From the IMG/VR virus record IMGVR_UViG_3300023119_000004: a stretch of 64,000 bases of DNA; one strand, 5' to 3'. The notes under the pieces are model-generated. The model did not search any database and was not told the origin of the DNA. It saw nothing but the letters and a program-made list of their open reading frames with translations. This document shows, one piece after another, positions 9,239-18,444 of the stretch. The position numbers and the translations under genes were made by a program. The DNA is from a virus. Its lineage: Duplodnaviria > Caudoviricetes. Numbering within the stretch: position 1 is the stretch's first letter; each line of letters opens with the position of its first letter.

Positions 9239-9826
9239 TTACTTGCAATCGCAGTCTGGACAATCTGGTCCACAGTTGCATTCGCCGCCATCGCAACATT
9301 CACATCCGCCTTCTTCTTCTGCCATGTATTCTGCTAACTTTGCCGCTAATTCTTGTTTAATTTGATCTTCTAGTGCCATTGGGTTATCACCGCCTGCAAC
9401 TTTTGGATAAGATTTTTTAGATCTGTTTAATCCGCCTGATAAATCTTTTGTCATATACTTTGTATCTTGATAAGTTTCATCTGGTTCGTTGTCCCACTCT
9501 TCAACTGGTACTTCTTCGTCTTCTACAGAGTCATTACAACTACTTGCGCCTAAATGATTCTTGCCGCAAATTGGACAAGGTGCGCCTTGCTTTCCTGGTT
9601 TAAGATCATCCATGTCTTTGCCTGGTCTGTCAATAATTGATAAACTTTTTTCAATATCATCTCTTGGGGGTAAAGGTGGAAGCATCTTTGGTTCTGCTGG
9701 TTTTTCACCACGCATCATATTAAAAAGATCACCAACGTCTTGAGCGTTATCACCGGACATTGAAATGTTCATTGATACTGCTTCGTTTAACGCATCAATC
9801 TTTTTGTAGATATCATTTAATTTCAT
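9239..9826 (-). CDS. Acidic hypothetical protein with CPICxxxH motif and Cys-rich C-terminal tail
   Basis: 195-aa ORF ending GGCECCDGGECNCGPDCPDCDCK. Confidence 0.65.
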   Translation of the reverse strand: MKLNDIYKKIDALNEAVSMNISMSGDNAQDVGDLFNMMRGEKPAEPKMLPPLPPRDDIEKSLSIIDRPGKDMDDLKPGKQGAPCPICGKNHLGASSCNDSVEDEEVPVEEWDNEPDETYQDTKYMTKDLSGGLNRSKKSYPKVAGGDNPMALEDQIKQELAAKLAEYMAEEEGGCECCDGGECNCGPDCPDCDCK

Positions 9827-10395
9827 TATTTGCTCCCTACTGGACTTACTGATGATTCTTGCTCATCCATAGCCATCTGTTTCTGTTCTTTATTAGCCTC
9901 TGTTGCAATACCAGGATCGTTTTCTCTTTCCTTACGTGCTTTTTCTAATTCTGCTAATAAACCCATTGTTCTATTTACACCAACATCGTCTTGTGCTGAT
10001 TCGCCGCCCATATCTTCTGTTGCTAACTTAGGCTCGTAAACTTTATCGTATTGTGTATCTTGATATGTTTCTTGTGGTGCGTCTAAATTTCTTACAATTA
10101 AATGTGAAGTATCAATACCGCAAGATTGTGAAATGTATTCTGCTAAAACTTGTACTGTAGTAGGATATTGTAGTTCCATTTCATAGTAATGTACTTCTTT
10201 ATTTTGTAACTGCGGAAAGTCTAATGGACGTTCTGTAATAGGAGTTTTCTTACCAGAACTCATATTCTGAATACCATATTTTTGTAATGCTGTTTCCATT
10301 TGGTCTACACAACCTTCTGGTAACTCTCCAGCAATACCAACTTTAAAATTATAAGTCTTTTTAGACTCTGTTAAATAATCCGCAAATGTTTTCAT
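9826..10395 (-). CDS. Hypothetical protein, probable internal head protein; start revised to second ATG
   Basis: AGGA SD fits ATG 10395; N-terminus MKTFADYLTE resembles T4 internal-protein capsid-targeting sequence. Confidence 0.6.
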   Translation of the reverse strand: MKTFADYLTESKKTYNFKVGIAGELPEGCVDQMETALQKYGIQNMSSGKKTPITERPLDFPQLQNKEVHYYEMELQYPTTVQVLAEYISQSCGIDTSHLIVRNLDAPQETYQDTQYDKVYEPKLATEDMGGESAQDDVGVNRTMGLLAELEKARKERENDPGIATEANKEQKQMAMDEQESSVSPVGSK

Positions 10396-10416
10396 TGTCA
10401 TATATCCTATTATATA

Positions 10417-10917
10417 TTATTTATCCATGTTCTTTAATTTTTCAATCAAACTATTACGATCTGTAACCACATAACCTTCGCCGTTAATAATATCTTGACC
10501 GTCTGGATTAGATTCTTTATCCATTTTCTCTTTTTTGAGTTGCAATTCAACCATTTTTAGTTTTTTATCTAGTTTAGCAACCTTAGCATCTAGGTTGGTT
10601 TTAAGCATATTACCAGCAACTTCAAACACTCTACCGCTGTAACGACTTTCTACATTCATACCTAAATCCATTAGATCATCGTATGCATCCATAGCCTTTT
10701 GTGCTACTTCGTTAAGTTCTTTATCTGCTAATTCACCCAAACCTTTAACTTGTGGTAACGCCGCGGCAATTTTATCTAACTCAGCAATATTGCGTTGAGT
10801 TTCTTCATGCTCAACTACTGCTGTTTGTTTATCTTTAGTTTTTGCCTTTTCTTGTTCTTCAGCAATAATATCTTGCGAGTCAGGCAAATTTAATAATTCT
10901 TCTAGTTTCTTTGTCAT
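10417..10917 (-). CDS. Probable terminase small subunit
   Basis: 166-aa helical/coiled-coil protein (RVFEVAGNMLKT...KLKMVELQLKK) between gp4 and gp17; assignment from size and position. Confidence 0.5.
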   Translation of the reverse strand: MTKKLEELLNLPDSQDIIAEEQEKAKTKDKQTAVVEHEETQRNIAELDKIAAALPQVKGLGELADKELNEVAQKAMDAYDDLMDLGMNVESRYSGRVFEVAGNMLKTNLDAKVAKLDKKLKMVELQLKKEKMDKESNPDGQDIINGEGYVVTDRNSLIEKLKNMDK

Positions 10918-10951
10918 TTCTTTATACCATTAAATGCTACTATTATTTATC

Positions 10952-11389
10952 CTATTTTCTTTTGCCGTTATGAAAAATGTCATTTTCGGTAATAACCCTA
11001 AAGTATATACCCTTCTGTTTAGACCATGCTCTAGCGGCTTCCCATTTAGCAAGGTTACGTATATACTGTGCTTGACGGCCTCTATCTCTACCTATTCTTT
11101 CTTTTAGTGCCTGGTTCTCAGGTTTTACTTCAATAAGTTCTACACGCCCTTTTCCATTACGATCTGTGTATTGTATTAAAAAGTCTGGAACATAAATTGT
11201 AAATTTTCCTGTTAAAGGGTCACGATATGGAATACGTACACTTTCACTAGCCCATTTACTTACACTAGGATTTTCATCACAGAATTTCATAAATGCAAAT
11301 TCCCAACTACTTCTATATAGGGGAGTTTTACGACCTAAATATTTGTCTGGATATTTTAGATTGTATCTTCCTTGAGCGAACTTCGCCAT
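10952..11389 (-). CDS. gp4: Head completion protein (T4 gp4, TnsA-like nuclease fold)
   Basis: YRSSWE, KWASE, YVPDF, IEVKP, NLAKWEAA motifs. Confidence 0.88.
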   Translation of the reverse strand: MAKFAQGRYNLKYPDKYLGRKTPLYRSSWEFAFMKFCDENPSVSKWASESVRIPYRDPLTGKFTIYVPDFLIQYTDRNGKGRVELIEVKPENQALKERIGRDRGRQAQYIRNLAKWEAARAWSKQKGIYFRVITENDIFHNGKRK

Positions 11390-11393
11390 TGGA

Positions 11394-11810
11394 CTATACC
11401 ATTATATTACGTGCATCTAACTTTGTAGAAGTTTCAGAAATTCTATAACCTAGTGAACTAATCTTGCCTCTGTTATAGTTTAAAATTTCTGTAACCACAT
11501 TACTTAATTGTGCGTCATTAAAACCTTTTAATGTATCAAGTAATTCGAAAACTTTTACGTTATCAATTTTTGCTTGTTGTAAAATAATTGTTGCAACTGT
11601 TTGAGCACTAGTTGTATCAAAATTTCTTTTTTCAAAGAAGCCAACAGTAGCATCAACTTCGTTGCTTGGAAATTCTAATGTTCGGGTGTAGTATTGATCA
11701 AATAATGCTTTTACTTTTGTAGCACTATCTAATACTGTATTATCTTGTGGTAGGTTACCTGTAACATTTGATGCTACTGTACCTGTTGTTGAATTTATAT
11801 TTTCACCCAT
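11394..11810 (-). CDS. Hypothetical protein in the tail/head-completion operon
   Basis: 138-aa ORF tightly packed between structural genes. Confidence 0.6.
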   Translation of the reverse strand: MGENINSTTGTVASNVTGNLPQDNTVLDSATKVKALFDQYYTRTLEFPSNEVDATVGFFEKRNFDTTSAQTVATIILQQAKIDNVKVFELLDTLKGFNDAQLSNVVTEILNYNRGKISSLGYRISETSTKLDARNIMV

Positions 11811-11820
11811 GATTAAATCC

Positions 11821-13185
11821 TTACGTCAAGTTAAAATTCTGATTGTGCGATTTAATATTTGCCATCGCAGTTGATCTAGCAGAATTTTTATCAGCACTTG
11901 ACAAATTGTTATATGCACTATTTATAGCGTCCGGTGTTGGCGATCCGCCGTTGTTGATATGGTCTTTCTTAAAGTTAGTTGACTTTGCTAAGTCGTCAAG
12001 TGCATTAGTATTTGAACCAAGATAATCAACGGCTTTACCTAGTGGATTACCTAGTGCTTCGTTTGCAACTGCACCAAGACCGATAACACCTGCTACTGCT
12101 GTAACAGTACTTAGGCTTCCACCTAGACCACTACTTTTTGGAAATGCTACGTTTGCAACACCACTTACATCAATACCTGCGGCTTTACCAATTTGATCTT
12201 TTAAGATACCAAAGCCTTCTTGTCTAATACCGGCACTTGATAAGTTTTTAGCATTAGTAACAACACTTGATGCTTTTAATACTGTACCTAAAAAGTTTGA
12301 GGTGCTTGAAAAAGCAGAACCGTCTGTAATATCTCCAAACACTTCTGCGGCACCTGATGCAATACCACCTTGGCCAAATAAGTTAACTGCTCCGCCACCT
12401 GCTAGTGAATTAGGTGATGGTGTACTATCATAATGTCCACTTGCTGGTCCAAACATCTTAGGTGCTGAACCTTCTGTAATTGGTCCTCTTGCATACCATA
12501 CAGTTTCATACTGTACTTGCATTTGGTTTTCAACTGTTTGACTATCACTGTTAGCCATAGTATCATGTGACCATGAACTAATAATAGGATTAACTAGTGT
12601 GAAACAAGTATATCTGTGTCTTGCCATTTGATAGATTTGTATACTATCAAAGAAGTTTTTATAGGTATCGTTGTCCATACCATATCTATATTTGTTTCGT
12701 TCACTGTTTGAATATGTATTACCTCTGTCATATGCAGGGTTACGTGTATTAGGTTGTCTACTACCATCAGCACTTGCATAGTTACCATCTTTAAAATAGT
12801 ATCTATAATATGCTTCCCACATTGCTGTAGTCTGTCCATAGTTATCATCGTGGAATACAATGTTAATAGGATCATAATCTAAACGTGTTTGTAGATTACG
12901 TTTTTTATTGTATTGATGTTTTAGTGTAGTACTAATTTGATACTTTGGTAGGTCAACGCTTTTCACAAGCATATTAAGTTCTTGTGTTTTAAGTTGCGGA
13001 ATAAGTGCGACTGCTTCAGGGTTTAAGTTAAAACTTACATGATACAGGAATCTATGTTTAGGCGATAGTCGATGTGCATCGTCAACATATAACCGTGCCG
13101 CATGAGCAAAGTCCGCCATATTACCTTTTGGACTTAATGCTCCACTTATTAAATTATCTAAGAATCCATTGAGTTTGTTTGCCAT
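11821..13185 (-). CDS. Tail-tube-fold protein (gp19 paralog; possibly gp54/gp48-like tube initiator) with Gly-rich C-terminal extension
   Basis: LVKSVDLPKY...YDPINIVFHDD...QVQYE tube-like pattern; adjacent to gp19. Confidence 0.6.
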   Translation of the reverse strand: MANKLNGFLDNLISGALSPKGNMADFAHAARLYVDDAHRLSPKHRFLYHVSFNLNPEAVALIPQLKTQELNMLVKSVDLPKYQISTTLKHQYNKKRNLQTRLDYDPINIVFHDDNYGQTTAMWEAYYRYYFKDGNYASADGSRQPNTRNPAYDRGNTYSNSERNKYRYGMDNDTYKNFFDSIQIYQMARHRYTCFTLVNPIISSWSHDTMANSDSQTVENQMQVQYETVWYARGPITEGSAPKMFGPASGHYDSTPSPNSLAGGGAVNLFGQGGIASGAAEVFGDITDGSAFSSTSNFLGTVLKASSVVTNAKNLSSAGIRQEGFGILKDQIGKAAGIDVSGVANVAFPKSSGLGGSLSTVTAVAGVIGLGAVANEALGNPLGKAVDYLGSNTNALDDLAKSTNFKKDHINNGGSPTPDAINSAYNNLSSADKNSARSTAMANIKSHNQNFNLT

Positions 13186-13190
13186 ACTAA

Positions 13191-13196
13191 TATTTA
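13191..13196 (-). promoter_or_regulatory. Late promoter TAAATA, 5 nt before ATG 13185, no SD
   Basis: GATAAATA-TTAGT-ATG. Confidence 0.65.
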
Positions 13197-13223
13197 TCCT
13201 TAAAATAAAGTACGTATATAAAG

Positions 13224-13255
13224 AAAAAGGGACTTATTAAAAATAAGCCCCTTTT
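13224..13255 (-). terminator. Intrinsic terminator after the tail tube gene
   Basis: GGGGCUUAUU/AAUAAGUCCC stem followed by UUUUUCUUU. Confidence 0.75.
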
Positions 13256-13285
13256 AAAGTTTCAGGAAATATTATATATTACCTA

Positions 13286-13915
13286 TTAACTTGCGCCGCC
13301 GCCTGTAATTGCAGTATTAACTGTTCTACCTACTGCTGTACCAATACCAGTACCTTGTGGTGTTTGGATTGCGTTATCGTATCTAATAGATAATGAAACT
13401 GTAACTGGATCGTTAGTAGAATATGCTAATGAGTTGTAGTTAGCACTTTCTAAGTAACAACCGTATAGTTCAAATGTTTCTAAAACTGTTGCTGTGTTAA
13501 CACCGTTACCACCGTCTAACATTTCAATTCTAGTAACGAATTTGTAATCACTACCAGAAGCCGCACTTGACTGTTCGAAGAAGTCAAATTGTTTCTGTAG
13601 TTGTTCGCCAACTAGTTTTTGTACGTTGTTTGAAACATCTTCACGTAGTGTTAATGTAATTGGTTCCCAACTATGTTTACCTGCTAGGTATACACGTGAG
13701 TTGTAAACATCAACTGTGATTTGTTCGAACGAAACGTTAGGTCTAGTAACGTCTTGAACCTGTTTTGTCAACTCTGTTGTTGGAGTTGATACACCAAAGT
13801 TTTCCAGCGACACTCTAAAGCGATACTGGAGTTTTGGCATTAACAATCCCTGGTTAGATGCTGATGAACTGCTATCTAATGGAACTGTAATTTTTGATAG
13901 TGTTGAAATTGCCAT
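13286..13915 (-). CDS. gp19: Tail tube protein (T4 gp19-like)
   Basis: PKLQYRFRV, WEPITLTLRED, FELYGCYL, LSIRYDNA; directly downstream of sheath; AGGAG SD. Confidence 0.85.
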   Translation of the reverse strand: MAISTLSKITVPLDSSSSASNQGLLMPKLQYRFRVSLENFGVSTPTTELTKQVQDVTRPNVSFEQITVDVYNSRVYLAGKHSWEPITLTLREDVSNNVQKLVGEQLQKQFDFFEQSSAASGSDYKFVTRIEMLDGGNGVNTATVLETFELYGCYLESANYNSLAYSTNDPVTVSLSIRYDNAIQTPQGTGIGTAVGRTVNTAITGGGAS

Positions 13916-13949
13916 TATAATATCTCCTGCTTAATTGTATTTATCACTA

Positions 13950-16900
13950 TTATAGCCCCGCTATCTCGCCTGTATTTTTAAGTCTTAGCGGAATGTAAAT
14001 GAACTCAACTGCTTTAACTGGTTCAATTGCAATATCCACATACAACTCGTTACGGTCGATTCTAGTTGGTGTGTTGTTTGATTCGTCACACACTACTAGG
14101 AAGTCATACAATGCTCTTTGACCTACAAGTTCTAATAGTAAGGAATCAACCTGCGCCTTGATCTCATCTCTAGTGATCTTATCATTAGGTTCAAAGATAT
14201 AAGGTTTAGCAAGTTTGTTAAGTTGTGAACGTAAGTACACAACAAGTCTTGCAACATTGATTCTATCTAATGCTGAAGCATTTTTTGCTCTTGTTTTCTG
14301 ACCAAAGTTAACAAGTCCTGCACCACTTAAGAATGTTACTGGGTTAATTGCATTTGAGTACAATGTATCCCTTTGACCTTCGTTAAGTGCAACGCTTTGG
14401 AACTCGCCTTCGCTAGTGATGTAACCTGCTGAACTTGCATTTGTAATTCCACCACGTCTTGTACCTGCTGGTGCAAACCATGGAAACGATACTTGATCGC
14501 TTAATGCAATAGTTCTTAAGATACCATGTGATGCTGGAACAACTACGTTGTTACCGCTGTTATCACTTGTGAATAAACTTGGGTAAAACATTCCGACATA
14601 TTCGTCAAATGTTACTGCGCCATCGTCGTTATCTTCAACTGCTAGTTTAACGTTAGTTGCCCACTCATTTAATGAAGTAGCATCTGGTGTTAATCTATAT
14701 GGTGTGTCACCAATAACAAAAGCACTTAGTCCTCTGTCATAGTTTAGTGTAACTAGTTCACCAATCAGTTCTGAATAGCCTGGACACGCAATCAAGTTAA
14801 ACAATCTTGAGTTATCATCTCTAATGTCTTGGTTGCCGTTAACCATTGCTTGAAGTGCTTGTACTACAACTTTACGTTGAGCCTTACGTCCAAATGAACC
14901 TGCACCGTTTGCTTGGTTACCTGACTCAGTTACCCATCTGTGTGGATAGTAACCTGCCATTGATTCTGGTAGTCCAGCGTTTTCAAATCTTTCGTTTTCA
15001 CCTGCAACGTCAATGTAATTTCTTACATATTTTCTAACGTTGAAACCTGAACGTCTTAGGTTCCATAGCAACATACCTTTTGGATATAGTGCTGGATCTG
15101 GAGCGTCTGGGTCTAGGTAATCACTTGTTAATAGATCTACAATAGTACCTTCTTTATCACTGTTTGCACCTGCTGTATTAATACGTGCATCTGCAAATAG
15201 GATACCGTCTTCAGTTGTTTGATCACCTGTATCAAGTTGTACCCATTTTAGTGTAGCACCGTTGTATTTGTAAATCTTAGGATAGTTTTCTAAGTCTGCT
15301 GTTGAAATCCAAATGTCGCCATTTTTAAGATCTGTTCCGTCTGACTGTTCAGTTGGTTCAGTAGCCGCTACAATTGGACCTTCTGGATCTGTTTTATCAG
15401 CACTTGCCGCCGCAAAGAACGGAGATGTTGCTGACTGATATCCAACCCAGTTATTACCATCATGAATCATAATGTCAACTTCGTCAACAATTGAACTATA
15501 CCATAATGTACCGTCCGCTGTTAATGCTGTTGGTGCTGTGTCGGAGTTAGTAACAGTTAATACTGCCCAGTTACTTGCAACAAAGTCAGCCGCGTTATTG
15601 CTTGATGCTTCAAGTAATCTCGGAGTTGGCGAAGAGCCTGTTGCTGTAAAGCCTGCTAGTGCTAACAATCCGTTTGTGTCAGTAAAGTGAATATCACCAC
15701 CGTCGTTGTGTTCAATAACAATTCTGTTTGATGAGTCAACACTTGCAACAACGTTTGCTAAGCCTGCTGTGTTAATAGCACCTGCTACTAAATCAGCATC
15801 GCCAACTGCGCCTGTTGTAGTTACGCTTACAGTAGTTGCAGAACTTAGTGCATTTGAGTTAGGTGCTGTTTCAGCAATATCAAATCCGTATGTTCCTGCT
15901 GTAAGTTGTGTTGAAATAATGTCACCTTTTACAGTTGTGTTACCAGTTGATGATCTTCTGTAAATTTTAAAGTTAGCAATTGGATCGCTGTCTTCATCGT
16001 TATTAAATTTAATAAACACATCGCCTGTTGGAATGTTTAGACCGCCTTTTGATTTATCTAAACCATAAAGTGCCGCTGTACCATCTGCATATAATGGAGC
16101 AGACTTGCTGTCCCATAATTGTGTAGTGTCATTCCATACTTTAACCTGCCAGTTAGCACCTGCGTTTGGAACAGTTGTCTTGACCCAAATAGAACCTGTT
16201 GGTCTTGGTGCTGTGTCAGTTGCTTTGTATTCTGGTACTTGTGTGTGTGGAGCAATTGATAGTTTAGGTGCTTTGTAAGTACCTGCACTCATGCCCACTT
16301 CTGTAAGTAGGGTTGAACTGTTTGTTGCTAGTACAATGTCAACGCCAGTTGTGTAAATCTCTAAGTATCCATCAACAACTGCCGCTGATACACCTGCAAT
16401 TCCTGCTGTTCCGATTGCTGTTACAACATCACTAAGTGCAGTACCGCCTGCTGTTACAGGAGTACCGTTAATGCTCATTGAAACACCGTTAGTGATAGTT
16501 GGATTTGCTTGTGTACCTGTTACGGCCGCCCAAGAACTAATCCATGCTGTAGAACCAACCTCTACCCAAGCACCTGACTTATTTTTGTAAAATAGTTTGT
16601 TCAGTGTAGTAGTAGATACTAGTGCGTAGTCGCCAATTCCACCAACAGAAGCCTTTGGTGCTCCGCTATCTACTTTAGTTGTGTCTGTGATTACTGTAGG
16701 AATCTTGTTAGTAAACGACTGACCACCAGTAGTAGTCGCTGACTTACCGTTCCATTCAAAAATACCATACACTGAATTGGTTGTGTCAAACCAATATGTT
16801 CCGTTTGCCGGATTTGCCGCTGGCGCACTTGAAGTTGCTTTCAATTGATTAGTGTCCAAGTTTGCTCTTGTTACGTATGCTCTGTTAGCAACGCCTAAGT

Positions 16901-17198
16901 ATGAATAAGCCGCTTGTAATCCGTACTCATTTAACTCACTACCGTGTAGTGGGTTGTTGTTTGAATCTGTATAAAATAGAGGATCGCCAAATAATTCTGT
17001 CAATTCTCTTTGTGATGTAATTAAATAAGGTTTTTCTGCATTAACAGCCTGTGTTGCTGTTGCAGTCCCTGTTCCTGATCCATTTGTTTTATCTTGTGCA
17101 GATACAACAAAAATCATTGGTACTGTACCTGGCTCAGCGGGAGTATAAAAACTCTCATCAATTACGCTGACCTGTACTCCTGGTGATACTAAAGCCAT
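13950..17198 (-). CDS. gp18: Tail sheath protein (T4 gp18-like) with large internal insertions
   Basis: MALVSPGVQVSVIDES, FPWFAPAGTRRG, INPVTF, GQKT, ALDRINVARL, YIFEPND motifs. Confidence 0.92.
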   Translation of the reverse strand: MALVSPGVQVSVIDESFYTPAEPGTVPMIFVVSAQDKTNGSGTGTATATQAVNAEKPYLITSQRELTELFGDPLFYTDSNNNPLHGSELNEYGLQAAYSYLGVANRAYVTRANLDTNQLKATSSAPAANPANGTYWFDTTNSVYGIFEWNGKSATTTGGQSFTNKIPTVITDTTKVDSGAPKASVGGIGDYALVSTTTLNKLFYKNKSGAWVEVGSTAWISSWAAVTGTQANPTITNGVSMSINGTPVTAGGTALSDVVTAIGTAGIAGVSAAVVDGYLEIYTTGVDIVLATNSSTLLTEVGMSAGTYKAPKLSIAPHTQVPEYKATDTAPRPTGSIWVKTTVPNAGANWQVKVWNDTTQLWDSKSAPLYADGTAALYGLDKSKGGLNIPTGDVFIKFNNDEDSDPIANFKIYRRSSTGNTTVKGDIISTQLTAGTYGFDIAETAPNSNALSSATTVSVTTTGAVGDADLVAGAINTAGLANVVASVDSSNRIVIEHNDGGDIHFTDTNGLLALAGFTATGSSPTPRLLEASSNNAADFVASNWAVLTVTNSDTAPTALTADGTLWYSSIVDEVDIMIHDGNNWVGYQSATSPFFAAASADKTDPEGPIVAATEPTEQSDGTDLKNGDIWISTADLENYPKIYKYNGATLKWVQLDTGDQTTEDGILFADARINTAGANSDKEGTIVDLLTSDYLDPDAPDPALYPKGMLLWNLRRSGFNVRKYVRNYIDVAGENERFENAGLPESMAGYYPHRWVTESGNQANGAGSFGRKAQRKVVVQALQAMVNGNQDIRDDNSRLFNLIACPGYSELIGELVTLNYDRGLSAFVIGDTPYRLTPDATSLNEWATNVKLAVEDNDDGAVTFDEYVGMFYPSLFTSDNSGNNVVVPASHGILRTIALSDQVSFPWFAPAGTRRGGITNASSAGYITSEGEFQSVALNEGQRDTLYSNAINPVTFLSGAGLVNFGQKTRAKNASALDRINVARLVVYLRSQLNKLAKPYIFEPNDKITRDEIKAQVDSLLLELVGQRALYDFLVVCDESNNTPTRIDRNELYVDIAIEPVKAVEFIYIPLRLKNTGEIAGL

Positions 17199-17311
17199 TT
17201 TGTTTTCTCCTGTTGGTAGTATGTTCCTAAATACTATTCTTACTATTATTTATACGAATTGGAATAAATCATACCGTTATATACCTATAAAAAGGGATCA
17301 AAAAGGGCAGG

Positions 17312-17317
17312 TAAATA
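17312..17317 (+). promoter_or_regulatory. Late promoter TAAATA, 5 nt before ATG 17323, no SD
   Basis: GGTAAATA-ACTAT-ATG. Confidence 0.65.
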
Positions 17318-17322
17318 ACTAT

Positions 17323-17661
17323 ATGAGACCTTTATGCAGTTGCGGACAACGACCTGTTGCTATAAATTACTATAAAAAGGGTAAACCTTTCTATAGAAGT
17401 AAGTGCGAAAGTTGCACTAGGTATGGGCGTCCTAAGAACGGTCAACCTAAGTGGCAACAGTCAGGATACGTTAAAAAGAACCAATGCGATAAGTGCGGAT
17501 TTAAAAGTAAGCACGAAGAACAATTCAATGTTTACTACATAGACGGTAACTTAAACAATGTTAGGTTTAGTAACTTAAAAACTATATGTGCTAACTGTAG
17601 TAAGATTATCTACAAAGAAGGGTTTAAATGGAAACAAGGTGATCTTGTACCCGATCTGTAA
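17323..17661 (+). CDS. Zn-finger/HNH-like protein with degenerate active site; start revised from 17200
   Basis: CSC, CESC, CDKC, CANC motifs; VYYIDGNLNN...NLKTICANCS where HNH nucleases have HH and CH. Confidence 0.65.
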   Translation: MRPLCSCGQRPVAINYYKKGKPFYRSKCESCTRYGRPKNGQPKWQQSGYVKKNQCDKCGFKSKHEEQFNVYYIDGNLNNVRFSNLKTICANCSKIIYKEGFKWKQGDLVPDL

Positions 17662-18217
17662 GTTCTTTAATAGTTCCGTTATTTTCAAATACTCTTGTAA
17701 ACTTAGTCTTTGCCCACGCCCACTCCGATGGGTGTACATCTTTAGGCTCTACGTCATATTCGACATACTCTGTAAACCAAGCAGGATCTTGCCCACGCTT
17801 TACACGCCATACTTGACCATTAACTTCGTGTAGCATTTTTGCTTCATTAGGAAAACGCACATCTGGAATAACAAAGTTTTTGTGTGGATTTTCGATGATC
17901 TTCTTCTTAGTTAAACTAACCCAAATTCCGTCAAAGAACCCATCACGCATACATTCTGTACCAAACTCTTGTAATACTAAACGAGGAGTAATAGTACGCC
18001 CTGTTTCTGCTGTCCAATATTGGTCTACTTGTTCTCGCCAAAAACGGCTTTGCTCAGTTTTACCATCTAGCAGTTCTCTATCCCACTCAAACATTTCTGC
18101 TACTGCATCTTTAAGTTTATCTGCAAATGAGATTTTTTCAAAATTATGTTCAGAAATAAGATGCCCAGCAATAGTATCTTTACCACTACCAATTAAGCCG
18201 CAAATACCAATTATCAT
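17624..18217 (-). CDS. gp1: Deoxynucleoside monophosphate kinase (T4 gp1-like)
   Basis: IIGICGLIGSGKDT P-loop, SFADKLKD, PRLVLQEFGTE, IPDVRFPNE. Confidence 0.9.
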   Translation of the reverse strand: MIIGICGLIGSGKDTIAGHLISEHNFEKISFADKLKDAVAEMFEWDRELLDGKTEQSRFWREQVDQYWTAETGRTITPRLVLQEFGTECMRDGFFDGIWVSLTKKKIIENPHKNFVIPDVRFPNEAKMLHEVNGQVWRVKRGQDPAWFTEYVEYDVEPKDVHPSEWAWAKTKFTRVFENNGTIKELTDRVQDHLVSI

Positions 18218-18240
18218 AGAAACTCCTAAGTTAAGTTATT

Positions 18241-18269
18241 ATTATATAACCTAAGTTACTTGTTGTCAA
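18241..18269 (-). promoter_or_regulatory. Perfect sigma70 consensus promoter for dNMP kinase
   Basis: TTGACA (18269-18264) -17 nt- TATAAT (18246-18241). Confidence 0.85.
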
Positions 18270-18444
18270 GTATTTTCTGATATGCTTCTTCAAAACCTTC
18301 TTCTTTGGCATACGCCTCTTCGTTATGCCATAAGCGTTTGAAGTATCCGGGTGCTGATTGAAAGATTGTTTGTTCGCTTGAATTTAAGTGGCCTTTAACC
18401 ATCCAAAAAAGCCTGTAGGCTTCTTTGTGGCTAAACTCAGACAT
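18256..18444 (-). CDS. Small hypothetical protein
   Basis: 62-aa ORF overlapping the gp13 stop by 1 nt. Confidence 0.55.
   Translation of the reverse strand: MSEFSHKEAYRLFWMVKGHLNSSEQTIFQSAPGYFKRLWHNEEAYAKEEGFEEAYQKILDNK

Noticed and set aside
17200-17322. N-terminal extension of the HNH-like ORF
   Set aside because: Covers the sheath promoter region; TAAATA at 17312 and the Zn-finger start point to ATG 17323
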